The position numbers and the translations under genes were made by a program. This document shows positions 1 through 9,600 of a stretch of DNA of 17,434 nucleotides, one piece after another (within the stretch, counting starts at the first letter, position 1; every line of letters begins with the position of its first letter). The notes beneath the pieces are model-generated. The model did no database searches and was not told the DNA's origin. It saw nothing but the letters and a program-made list of their open reading frames with translations. Origin of the DNA: Candidatus Bathyarchaeia archaeon (GTDB lineage: Archaea; Thermoproteota; Bathyarchaeia; Bathyarchaeales; Bathycorpusculaceae); contig JAVZNT010000018.1 in assembly GCA_038882655.1 (NCBI GenBank), forward strand, positions 1 through 17,434, written 5' to 3'.

Positions 1-2
1 TC

Positions 3-422
3 CCGCCACTAAAAGATAGGTGGAAAGAGTTCCCACCACCAGAAGAGGCTGGCGGAGCCGCCACCCGAGAGGAGCTTATAAGGCTTAGGATTTTGCAGGA
101 TAAAGCCTTCACAGAGGAATTGGAAAACTTTTGGAATGAGTTGAAAAGGCTGGTTGGGGAGAAGGGCGAGAATGGCAGAATCCGATACTGGGATTTTGTT
201 GGTGCTGAAACCTATGAGGAGACAACCCGCAGAGCTTTCATGACAAGTTTTCTTGTAACTTATGGTTATGCAACCCTTGAGGTTCACCCATTGGAGGAAG
301 AAATCTTCGTTAAGCCTTTTGAGAGGCAACAGAGGCGCATAGCCAAAAAACAGCTGGTTTCGATACCCATAGCCATAACTGTTGAGGAGTGGGAAAAGTG
401 GAAGAGGGGAAACCAAAAATGA
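3..422 (+). CDS. C-terminal part of a kleisin-like protein (Nse4/ScpA-type C-terminal winged helix); 5' end lies outside the window
   Basis: The frame is open from base 3 (PPLKDRWKEFPPPEE...LQDKAFTEELENFW...), so the TTG at 93 is internal. Segment IRYWDFVGAETYEETTRRAFMTSFLVTYGYATLE resembles the kleisin C-terminal pattern, especially Nse4 (FV..P.SF..TVEN.F..SFL...G). Its stop overlaps the next ATG (ATGA 419-422). Confidence 0.6.
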   Translation, partial: PPLKDRWKEFPPPEEAGGAATREELIRLRILQDKAFTEELENFWNELKRLVGEKGENGRIRYWDFVGAETYEETTRRAFMTSFLVTYGYATLEVHPLEEEIFVKPFERQQRRIAKKQLVSIPIAITVEEWEKWKRGNQK

Positions 423-976
423 GTAGGAGGAAAGCCGTCTACGCCAGCAAAATGAAACGCGCCGTCCACATGCTTTTCTACCGAAGACATAAAAAGCCCG
501 GAGTGAAAGGCTGGGAACTCCGAAAAGCCTTGGGCTCAGACTACCCAAAAGTCCTAAATATTTTGGATGAGTACTTGAAACCTTTGGACTTGCAGGTTAA
601 AATGGTTTTTGAAGAGGAGAAGCCAGCCGCTGAAAAGCCAACGCTGGAAGAATTGGACAAGGCGAGGTTTTACATAACCCTAAGGGGTGATTTAACGCCT
701 AAAGAGGCTAAGATGGTTGGTTGGCGCATAGACGACTTGGCTGGACTAGCCATAACAATAGCCTACATAATCTCGAAAAAGGGAAAAGCACCCCGCAAAG
801 AGGTGGAAGAACTTTTACGCGAGAAGCTGCCGGGCTGGAAGGTGGGCTTAAACATAGACCGCTACATACGTTATGGCTATTTAACCCAAGATGAAAACGA
901 ACAGCTGTACCTGGACTGGAGAACAAGAGCGGAAGTAGACCAAAAAGCACTGATAGACTTAATTTTATCCAAGTAA
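419..976 (+). CDS. KITE-family tandem winged-helix protein, MAGE/Nse3-like (185 aa)
   Basis: ATG at 419 overlaps the upstream stop and is a likelier start than the GTG at 389. Motifs AVHMLFYRRHKKPGVKGWEL, YPKVLNILDEYL, RFYITL, LAGLAITIAYIISKKGKAPRKEVEELL and YIRYGYL...LDWRTRAEVDQKALIDLI are colinear with the MAGE homology domain (L..FLL.K...K.PI; FPEI; YIL; GLL..IL..I...GN.A.EE.IW; YL...WGPRA.AE.SK..VL.F). Confidence 0.65.
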   Translation: MSRRKAVYASKMKRAVHMLFYRRHKKPGVKGWELRKALGSDYPKVLNILDEYLKPLDLQVKMVFEEEKPAAEKPTLEELDKARFYITLRGDLTPKEAKMVGWRIDDLAGLAITIAYIISKKGKAPRKEVEELLREKLPGWKVGLNIDRYIRYGYLTQDENEQLYLDWRTRAEVDQKALIDLILSK

Positions 977-1119
977 AAACTAAACTGTTTTCTTCTCCCC
1001 ACTAATCTTGTAAGCAATCAGTCTTTAGCTGAGCTTTAGACCATTTGACCATTTAAGGCCAAATATCAAGAGACGAAACACCAACGCAGAATCCCAGACT
1101 TATTAAAAAAGGATAGCTA

Positions 1120-1656
1120 TCAGAAGAGCCAACCACTGCTCTTCCGCCATTTCTTCTTAGGTTTGGTTTTTGGTTTAGGCATATTATTTATTTCTCGATT
1201 AATTTGTTCTATTGTTAGTTCTTTAGCTAGAGCATTGACATATTGACGCTTAGTTGGAGGCGATCTTGTTTCACCGAACAAGCCCTCAGAAACTCTTCCT
1301 TTAACCCTTATCCTGTGCCTTTGTGCAAGATATTTGAGCTCGCTCAAGTTCAATTTTTGCAAAAGTTTCTTGGCTCTTTTTTCTGGTGTCTCGGGTAAAC
1401 CAAGCTTTTTCCTAACTTCTTTTAATGAAAGAGTTCTCATCGACTTGTTGCATGTAGGACAAAGTAGGATGGCGTTCCTTAAGGTCAATTTTCCTCCTTT
1501 CGCGTGGGCTCTGTTGTGACCTATTTCAAAGTTGAAAGGGTCGACTCTTTTCCCACAAATTTGACATATGCCCCTATCTCTTTCGTAAACCATTTTCTTC
1601 AGAATTTTGCTAGGAGTTGGTCTTCTTTCTTCCTCCCAGAACAACACCAATCCCAA
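1120..1656 (-). CDS. HNH endonuclease (Zn-binding type) with a C-terminal helix-extension-helix-like region and basic tail
   Basis: VYERDRGICQICG...FEIGHNRAHAKGGKLTLRNAILLCPTCNKSM gives CxxC...H...GG...N...CxxCN. Start is a TTG/GTG between 1644 and 1656. A TATA-like TATTTAAA lies at about 1684-1677 on the minus strand and a T6 run follows the stop (1110-1105). The gene is visibly more AT-rich than the rpo genes. Confidence 0.85.
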   Translation of the reverse strand: MGLVLFWEEERRPTPSKILKKMVYERDRGICQICGKRVDPFNFEIGHNRAHAKGGKLTLRNAILLCPTCNKSMRTLSLKEVRKKLGLPETPEKRAKKLLQKLNLSELKYLAQRHRIRVKGRVSEGLFGETRSPPTKRQYVNALAKELTIEQINREINNMPKPKTKPKKKWRKSSGWLF

Positions 1657-1818
1657 AATAAAATGCCAAATTAAACTTTAAATAATTATTGTTTAAGAAG
1701 CCTTTTCACGTACTTGTTTTATTTTGTTCGATGTCTATGTGTGTGATACGTGTTGGTATTATGTGACCGGAGAGTTAGAGTTGGTTAAAAACGAAGCCAT
1801 TTAAGAATATAGCTGATT

Positions 1819-2004
1819 CTATTTTCTGATTTTTCTGTAGAGATAGGCTATTATGTCAATTATAATTATTGCTGTGAGAACTAAGAGGGGGCTTCCTAAA
1901 AACTGGCTTAGGAAAGATTCTTCTGCCGCGTAAACACGGTTTATGAGGGCGAACACTAGCAGTAGTATGTGAACAACCATTATTGTTGCTAGATTCTTAT
2001 TCAC
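1819..2004 (-). CDS. Small membrane protein (signal peptide, C-terminal TM helix, basic tail), 61 aa
   Basis: GTG start preceded by GAGAGG. N-terminal hydrophobic stretch ends in VYA-A; a second hydrophobic helix LLVLTAIIIIDIIAYLY is followed by RKIRK. Starts 34 bp after the nusA stop. Confidence 0.65.
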   Translation of the reverse strand: MNKNLATIMVVHILLLVFALINRVYAAEESFLSQFLGSPLLVLTAIIIIDIIAYLYRKIRK

Positions 2005-2038
2005 GTTTGTTTCCGCCTCTCTTTTCTTTTTTGGCGTT

Positions 2039-2476
2039 TTAGACTATGCTGACGTTTTGTATTTGGAAGTAGCGTTTCACCAGCATGCGGAGGCGTTCAG
2101 CATTCCTCCCATTCTTTCCTATAGCTACGCCTTTGTCTCTTGGATGAACCGACACGACCGCTATTGTTCTGCCGTCTGGTCTCTCGGTTATCCTAACCTC
2201 TTGGATGTTGGCTGGTTTCAAAGCGTTCTTGATGAACTGAACGGGGTCTTCAGAATACTCTATAATCTCGTGTTTTTTACCCGTCATCCGCTCCAAAAGC
2301 CTAATGTTTCTTCCACCTTTGCCTATGGCTGCCCCTATGTCGCCTTCTTTTACGACCATGATTACGCGTCCCTGCTCCTCGTCAACTATACAGTCTTTCA
2401 CGTTGGCGCCGCTTACACTTTCGAAGAGGGCTATATACTTCATTTCTGTGCTGGTGATTTTTATGCCGCTACTCAT
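2039..2476 (-). CDS. nusA: Archaeal transcription elongation factor NusA (two KH domains)
   Basis: KH motifs GAAIGKGGRNI and GVAIGKNGRN; IIEYSEDPVQFIKNALKPA; canonical position after L30e with an ATGA overlap. Confidence 0.96.
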   Translation of the reverse strand: MSSGIKITSTEMKYIALFESVSGANVKDCIVDEEQGRVIMVVKEGDIGAAIGKGGRNIRLLERMTGKKHEIIEYSEDPVQFIKNALKPANIQEVRITERPDGRTIAVVSVHPRDKGVAIGKNGRNAERLRMLVKRYFQIQNVSIV

Positions 2477-2814
2477 TCGCTTCCTCCTTCAGACTCCTCT
2501 GCTTCTTCCATGGGCTTCTCTATTAATCTAAGAATTTCTGAATCACCGGGCTCTCTTATAGTTAACGCTGAAACAAGGAAGGGTTTTCCACAAACAGCAG
2601 CCAAATCCGTTGACGAACCCCTGTAAACAATTAGCGGAACATTCGAAAGCTTGCAGTAATACTCCAAGTCACTGCAAATCTCAGCTGGACAGTTCGAAGC
2701 CACAATAATCATCTTCGCCTTTCCAGTTTTTGCACTCTGAATCGCCGAATTAGAGCCAAAGGAAACTTTGCCAGTTTTTACAGCTGTTGAAATTGCCTTG
2801 TCTATGTCTATCAT
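2473..2814 (-). CDS. rpl30e: 50S ribosomal protein L30e (eL30)
   Basis: AVKTGKVSFG, GKAKMIIVASNCP, LAAVCGKPFLVSALTIREPGDSEIL; canonical position after rpoA. Confidence 0.96.
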   Translation of the reverse strand: MIDIDKAISTAVKTGKVSFGSNSAIQSAKTGKAKMIIVASNCPAEICSDLEYYCKLSNVPLIVYRGSSTDLAAVCGKPFLVSALTIREPGDSEILRLIEKPMEEAEESEGGSE

Positions 2815-5800
2815 TTATTCTCCCTCTTAAGCTCAGAAGTGGACATAAACAACTCCACAAGCCCAGTGCCGACTGGTATAGACTGCCCAACAATAACGTT
2901 TTCAGTCACGCCTTCCAACGGGTCGCTTTCCCCTCTTATGGCAGCCTCAACAATGTTTGGGACAGTAATCTCAAAGGCTGCCCTAGCCAAGACGCTTGCC
3001 TTTTTGCCGCTGACACCGTGTCTGCCGATTTGCTGCACCTCGCCAGTTGCAGTCATCATGTCAGCAACAAGCATGACATGGCGGACGTCAACATCCAAGC
3101 CTTGCTCCTCCAAAACGCTTTTAGACTCTTGTATTAGGACATTTCTGGCAGCTTCTATCCCTAACGTTTTAGCTATTTCATGCACGTTGTTCGTCCTTGT
3201 TCTTGTGGCGTCAACGCCATAAACCTCCAAAACTTTAGGAAGGTTTGAGCCATCGGTGCGTATAACCCATTCGCCCTGCTCCTCTGTAACAAGGACCCGC
3301 CTTATTCCCGAAACACCCTTAATGTAAAATGAGGAAACCTTGTCTAGAAGCTTCTTCAGGGCTTCCGGCTTTTTAGGCTTCACGTGTATGCGGTTCCCAG
3401 CTATCTTCACATTGCAGTTGGCAATTTTCATTTTTTCCTTAAGCTCATCCATTGTTACGCCCCTGTCCTCCATCATAGACTTATTCAGTTCAACAACTAT
3501 TTCTCCACGCACCGGGTCTTGGTAGATGGCTTGTGCAATATTTTCTATGGTTGTGTAAAGTATGTTTCTGGCTATCTTAACAGCGGCTTCTCTACTCTTA
3601 CGATGCTTCTCGTCAAGGTAAATAACCATGATTGGTGTTGACGGGATCCTCCTCGCATCAACAATTTCTATAAGCCGTGGCAAGCCTAAAGTTACGTTCT
3701 GCTCCCTGACACCGGCATAGTGGAAGGTTCTAAGGGTCATTTGCGTTCCGGGTTCGCCTATTGATTGAGCTGAAACTATGCCAACGGCTTCACCTGGCTC
3801 CATTAAAGCGCGTTTGTAATGTTCAACCGTCAACTCTATGGCTTTGTCAACGCCTTCTTTGCTGAGCTTCGCTTCGGTCAACTCTTGCTTAAGCTCGCTT
3901 ATCAGAAGTGGCGTAAGTTGGTCTTCAACCTCCTTAAGTCTTTCCTTAATATATTCTGGAGCCGCCGGCTTACCCTTCTCTATTCCAATTCTTATCTGCT
4001 CGACTAAACGGCTGACGTTTACAGCCTTTCCATGGTCGCTTTTAGCCGGGTCAACACCATCCTCGCCATACTTAAACTGAATTATGTCGCCAGTCGAGCT
4101 TCTAACAGTCCCATCATATTCTAGGCGTAGATGCTCCAAAGCGTTGATTAGGCGTCTCTGCATGTAACCGCTCTGCTGCGTCCTAACAGCCGTGTCCACA
4201 AGTCCTTCACGTCCACCCATAGCGTGGAAGAAGAATTCAATGGCGTCCAAGCCCCTCTGGTACGATGAGTAAACGAAGCCCCTCGCCTTTGGAGAAGGGT
4301 CGCCGAACTTAAAGTGGGGCAGTGTTCTCCCCAAATAGCCACGCATTATACGTTTTCCACGCACCGCCTGTTGTCCTACACAAGCGCTCATCTGCCCAAT
4401 GTTGAGGCTTGAGCCTCTAGCACCTGTCCTCGTCATGACTATACCGGAGTTTTCAAGAGTGAAGTCCTCGTCAGCGATTTTCCCAGATTCATCTCTTGCT
4501 TTAGCCAGCTCATTCATGACGTAAATTTCAAAAGAATCTTCGAGAGTTTGTCCCGGAAGCCTAGGAAGTGTGCCGTCGCGATAACTCTTTATAAGCTCTT
4601 CAATTTTCTTTTCAACCCTTTCCATTACCCTCTTTATTTTTGCCTCTGCTTGTGGTGAAAGTACCAGCTCGTCATATGAGTAGGAGAACCCTCGCATTGT
4701 TATGAAAAGCTTCAAAAGCCTCGTAACCTTGTTGATGAACGCGCGTCCAGCAGCCGTTCCATAATCCTTAATTATTCTGTGGAGGAGGCTTTCAGACTGC
4801 TCGGCGCCTATGGCTTTCCTGTCAATCACTCCACGTATGAGTTGCCCGTTCTTGACAACCACGTAGGCGTCGTAGGGGCATTCCTCTTTTAGGCATTTGA
4901 GACACCCCCGACAAGTGTTAGCCTTCAAAACATAGTTAAAGTCTTTCGGTAAGAAAAGGCTAAAAATTTGTTTGCCACTCCACATGGACTGAGGTTCTTT
5001 AATCTGTGGTTTTGGAAGCGGCCCCTCGTAACCGGCGGCAATTAAAAGCCTGCTCACTTCGTCTTTTGTTAGGTGGTTTGATTTCCTTGTGAAGAGGTAC
5101 GCCGCCGTTATAAAGTCTCTGATAGCCCCTATTATGGGGCCGCCGAATCTTGGAGATAAAATTTGGTCTTGAACCTGCATGAGCAAGCGGGCTTCTGTTT
5201 GAGCTTCCTCGCTTTGCGGTATGTGAAGATTCATCTCGTCTCCATCGAAATCTGCGTTGTATGGTGGGCAGACACATAAGTGTAGGCGGAAAGTCTTGTA
5301 GGGTAAGACCCGTACATAATGCGCCATAATGGACATTCTGTGAAGAGACGGTTGGCGGTTGAAAATGGCTATGTCACCATTTCGTAGGTGGCGCTCAACA
5401 ATGTAGCCGGGCTCTAAAGACTCAGCAATCTTTTCTCTATCAGTGACAAACTCAAGCCTTATCCTTTTGCCGTCTGGACGGATAATGTATAGGGCTCCAG
5501 GATATTTGGCGGGTCCGTTTATTACCAGTTTCCGCATTTCCTCAATGTTCCATGTGGTTACTTTTTCCGGAACTGAAAGCCTCATAGCAACTTCAAGGGG
5601 CACGCCGACCTCGTTAATGTCGAGGTTTGGGTCTGGAGAAATCACTGTGCGCGCTGAGAAGTCAACACGTTTCCCAGAGAGGTTGCTTCTGAACCTTCCC
5701 TCTTTGCCCTTAAGCCTCTGGGAAAGTGTTTTAAGGGCTCTTCCAGAACGGTGTCTCGCTGGCGGAATGCCAGAAGCCTCATTGTTGAAGTATGTTGTCA

Positions 5801-6632
5801 CATGGTATTGGAGAAGCTCTGACAAGTCTTGAATTATTAGGGTTGGAGCCCCGGCCTCCATGTTCTCTTTTAATCGCTGATTTATGCGAATTATGTCCAC
5901 AAGTTTGTGGGTTAAGTCGTCCTCGGAGCGTATGCCAGACTCCAAAGTTATTGATGGACGCACGTATACTGGTGGAACAGGCAAAACTTGAAGAATCATC
6001 CATTCTGGACGGGCTGTTTTAGGGTCGAAACCCAGAAGCTCCAAGTCGTCATTTGATATACGTTCAAGCCTCTCTCTAACCATGCTAGGCGTTAAAAGTT
6101 GAGAGCCGCTTTCAGGAATTTCCTCGCTGAATTTTGTAGGTTTCTCAAAGGTTACCTTATACTGGGGAGCGTTGCAGTGGGGACATGTTTTAACCCTTAT
6201 CTCTTGAACTATCCTCTTGGAAACATCGTCCGGAACCGTGCCCAACAGTTGCCGGATCCTTTCGACTCTCGCCCTCAACTTTTTAACGGCGTCTTCTGGA
6301 AGTAGAATTCGCCCGCAGTTTCTGCACGTGACCCTAAGAAGGTCGTATATTATTTTTGCGAATTCTATGTGAATTATTGGGACGGCTAGCTCTATGTGTC
6401 CGAAGTGTCCAGGGCAGCGTATAGCCGTGTTGCCACATGTTTTGCATCTCTGTCTTGGTTCTAGAGTCCCAAGCCTTCCATCCATCAGCCCAGCCGTTAT
6501 CGGGGCTCCATCCTCGTCGTAGGTGTCCGGCGTCTGAATTTCAACAACTGATAATTTGCGTATTTCTTGAGGTGAAAATAAGCCGAAACGGATTTCGTCA
6601 ACAACTTTATGGGCGACTTCCTCAACTGCCAT
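2811..6632 (-). CDS. rpoA1: DNA-directed RNA polymerase subunit A (Rpo1), A' and A'' fused in one 1273-aa polypeptide
   Basis: Clamp Zn motif CKTCG...CPGHFGH, GKRVDFSAR, catalytic NADFDGDEMN and bridge helix GLVDTAVRTQQSGYMQRRL. It continues without a stop into the A'' motifs PGEAVGIVSAQSIGEPGTQMTLRTFH and GVTENVIVGQSIPVGTG. Confidence 0.98.
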   Translation of the reverse strand: MAVEEVAHKVVDEIRFGLFSPQEIRKLSVVEIQTPDTYDEDGAPITAGLMDGRLGTLEPRQRCKTCGNTAIRCPGHFGHIELAVPIIHIEFAKIIYDLLRVTCRNCGRILLPEDAVKKLRARVERIRQLLGTVPDDVSKRIVQEIRVKTCPHCNAPQYKVTFEKPTKFSEEIPESGSQLLTPSMVRERLERISNDDLELLGFDPKTARPEWMILQVLPVPPVYVRPSITLESGIRSEDDLTHKLVDIIRINQRLKENMEAGAPTLIIQDLSELLQYHVTTYFNNEASGIPPARHRSGRALKTLSQRLKGKEGRFRSNLSGKRVDFSARTVISPDPNLDINEVGVPLEVAMRLSVPEKVTTWNIEEMRKLVINGPAKYPGALYIIRPDGKRIRLEFVTDREKIAESLEPGYIVERHLRNGDIAIFNRQPSLHRMSIMAHYVRVLPYKTFRLHLCVCPPYNADFDGDEMNLHIPQSEEAQTEARLLMQVQDQILSPRFGGPIIGAIRDFITAAYLFTRKSNHLTKDEVSRLLIAAGYEGPLPKPQIKEPQSMWSGKQIFSLFLPKDFNYVLKANTCRGCLKCLKEECPYDAYVVVKNGQLIRGVIDRKAIGAEQSESLLHRIIKDYGTAAGRAFINKVTRLLKLFITMRGFSYSYDELVLSPQAEAKIKRVMERVEKKIEELIKSYRDGTLPRLPGQTLEDSFEIYVMNELAKARDESGKIADEDFTLENSGIVMTRTGARGSSLNIGQMSACVGQQAVRGKRIMRGYLGRTLPHFKFGDPSPKARGFVYSSYQRGLDAIEFFFHAMGGREGLVDTAVRTQQSGYMQRRLINALEHLRLEYDGTVRSSTGDIIQFKYGEDGVDPAKSDHGKAVNVSRLVEQIRIGIEKGKPAAPEYIKERLKEVEDQLTPLLISELKQELTEAKLSKEGVDKAIELTVEHYKRALMEPGEAVGIVSAQSIGEPGTQMTLRTFHYAGVREQNVTLGLPRLIEIVDARRIPSTPIMVIYLDEKHRKSREAAVKIARNILYTTIENIAQAIYQDPVRGEIVVELNKSMMEDRGVTMDELKEKMKIANCNVKIAGNRIHVKPKKPEALKKLLDKVSSFYIKGVSGIRRVLVTEEQGEWVIRTDGSNLPKVLEVYGVDATRTRTNNVHEIAKTLGIEAARNVLIQESKSVLEEQGLDVDVRHVMLVADMMTATGEVQQIGRHGVSGKKASVLARAAFEITVPNIVEAAIRGESDPLEGVTENVIVGQSIPVGTGLVELFMSTSELKRENK

Positions 6633-6633
6633 G

Positions 6634-9600
6634 TTAAGCCCTCTCCTTAAGCTTCAACTTCGGCGCTACACAAAGGCTCATCAGTTCTTGGAGAAGAAGC
6701 TTAAAAGCGTAGGAGACTATTACAGGCGAGATTTTCGCTTTGTCTTCGCATATTCTGCAGACATACTTCCTCTGTTTTAGGTCGTAGTAGGCTATGTAAC
6801 CGCAGTTTTCACAAATATATAGGGTGTATTTATCCGATTCCTCTAAAAGTCTGTCGCGGAGAAGCATGGCAGCGCCGTGTCCAATTAAGCAGTCTCTCTC
6901 CATCTCGCCGAAGCGCAATCCACCTCCACGGGCTCTTCCCTCTGTCGGTTGCCTCGTTAACATTTGCACTTGTCCTCTGGCTCTCGCGTGGATTTTGTCT
7001 GCAACCATGTGGTGAAGCTTCTGGTAGTAGACTATGCCTATGAAAACGTCTGCTACAAACTTTTCGCCTGTCACGCCGTTATAGAAAACCTCTTTTCCAG
7101 TGTGGCTGAATCCAAGCTTTATTAGGGCTTTTCTAAGGTTTTCTGCCTTCTCGTTTGAAAACGGTGTTCCGTCAACTGGTTTGCCTCTCATGGCTGCGAC
7201 TTTGCCAGCTATGGACTCCATAAACTGTCCAATAGTCATTCTTGACGGAATGGCGTGGGGATTTATAATAATGTCTGGAACTATGCCGTCCTCCGTGAAG
7301 GGCATATCCTCTTGGGGCACAATAAGCCCAATAACGCCCTTCTGTCCGTGGCGGGATGCAAACTTGTCGCCAAGCTCTGGGATTCTCTGGTCTCTAACTC
7401 TAACCTTTACAAGTTTGCTCCCCTCACCGGACTCCGTTACGAAGACAGCGTCGACGATCCCGGTTTCTGAGGGACGCATGTCCACAGAAGTGTCCCGCAT
7501 TGAAGGGCCTTTAACCTCAAACTCCTTATACTCTTCGAGGAACCTTGGCGGGCTTGTTCTTCCTATCAAAACGTCTCCGCCAGCAACCTGGGCTTCTAGG
7601 CTTATTATGCCGTCGGGCTCTAAAAGCCTATAATACTGTTCGCCCCTGAAGCCTCTTGTGCCGGGCTCCGGAATGACGAATTTATCTTTCAGTCCGCCCA
7701 TGTATTGGCGGCATTCAGCCTCGTATATGCGGTAGAAGGTAGAGCGCCCCAAGCCCCTTTCAATAGAGGCTTTGTTGAATATTAGGGCGTCTTCCATGTT
7801 GTAGCCCTCATAGGACAGAACCGCCACTATACAGTTCTGCCCTGATGGGCGAAGTTTATAGCCCATAACCTCCATTAGGGCTGTTTCAACCAACGGTGCC
7901 TGTGGGTAATGCAGTATATGAGACCTTGAATCAACACGTAATGGGAAGTTTGTGGCGAAGACGCCTAGCGCCTGCTTAGCCATAGCCGCCTGATAAGAGT
8001 TGCGGGGTGACTGGTTGTGCTCCGCATAAGGTATTGTTGAGGCACAGATTCCAAGGATGGTGTGGGTTGAAATTTCTAAGTGGGTATGTTCGGGGGTTAT
8101 TTCCTCAGCGCTTATGGCGACGTAGGCGTTTTCCTCTTCGTCAGCATCCAAATATTCCATTATGCCATTTTTAACGAGGTCTTCCCAAGACCACTCGCCA
8201 CGGGTAATCTTTTCTATATGTTCCGGCTGAAGCCTTGGGACGCCATTTTCAACTATTATTAGTGGACGTCTAACCCTTCCCTCGTCACAGTTAACATAGA
8301 TTTCCTCTCTTTCCTCATACTCCTTTGAGAAGTAGGCGATGTTAACTTCTGTTGAGATTTCTCCCATGCGCCGGCGCTGTCTAAACTCTTGAACCACTTT
8401 TTCAGGCGTAGCGCAGTAGCCAACTATTGTTCCATCCACAAAGACTTTTGCACCATAACGCTTCAACGTTTCATTCGCTTCATAAACTGGTGTAACATTC
8501 ATACTGAACAGTATTTGCTTAATCTTTTCGGGGTTTACTCCGACAGATATGGAGGCTGATAATGCAAGGTTCTTGACCAAACCACAGTTTGAGCCTTCTG
8601 GGGTTTCGTTAGGGCATAGGCGTCCCCAATGAGTTGAGTGTAAGTCCCTAGCCTCAAAATTCGGCTGGCTTCTGCTGAGAGGCGACTGAAGCCTTCTCAA
8701 GTGACTTAAGGTTGAAAGGTAATTTGTCCTATCAAGGAGTTGGGTTACGCCAACACGCCCTCTTCCCCAGTTTCCAGTGGCAAGAGCATGCTGAAGCCTC
8801 TCAGTTATTATGCCTGGACGCACAGCAGCCGAAACAGTAATTATTGGTCCTTTGACGCCTATCCTTTCAAGCTGGTATTTTATGTCTCTTACGAGGTTTC
8901 TGAAGGCTACACGGAATAAGTCTGCCAGCAGCGGTCCAGCAAGCCTCAGACGCTTGTTTTTGAAGTGGTCTTTGTCGTCTGGTTTCCGTCTTCCAAGCTT
9001 CAGTTCGATGACTCTGCATGCCATCTCACCTAAGAATATGGCTTTTTCGCGGCGGCTCTGGTTTGTTCTTCCAAGATGCGGTAGGAAGTTTTTGTCTATG
9101 GCTGCTTCAGCCTTTTGAATGCGGTATTCTTCAACCTGTCCGTGGGCTACGCGGTTTCCAATAAACAATATTGCGTCTTTAACTGTGTCGACGCCCACGG
9201 CTTTTTCAAAGGATGGTTCCAGTTCGCTTTGGATTTCCTCATCAACAGAAACGGCTTCGGCAATCTCCTTATCAGACTCAAGCCCCAAGGCGCGCATAAC
9301 AATGACGAAGGGAACTTCTGTTGGCACTCCCGGCATTGTAACGTATAAGGCACCGTCAGACTTCATTTTCAGCTCTATTCTCGCCCTGAAGCCAACAGTT
9401 GTGGAGAAAAGCTTAGCTTGGTAAACTGGTGTCGTGCCCTTCTCGTCTATGTCAACGATTATTCGGTTTGGAGCCAAATCCTCCATAGCCACAATAACGC
9501 GTTCAGAGCCGTTAACAATGAAGTAGCCGCCCGGATCGTCTGGGTCTTCCCCGACGGCTATTAGTTCTTCTCGGGAAAGTTGGGACAAGAAGCAAAGTTT

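Noticed and set aside
3-1656. Kleisin + KITE + adjacent HNH nuclease as a Wadjet (JetABCD)-like defence operon
   Set aside because: The HNH gene is on the opposite strand with its own promoter, terminator and composition, and JetD is a Toprim nuclease, not HNH. Adjacency alone is insufficient; revisit only if the linkage recurs in other genomes.
2057-9424. Numerous antisense or alternate-frame ORFs within nusA, rpl30e, rpoA and rpoB
   Set aside because: Shadow ORFs of highly conserved genes, with no recognisable motifs.
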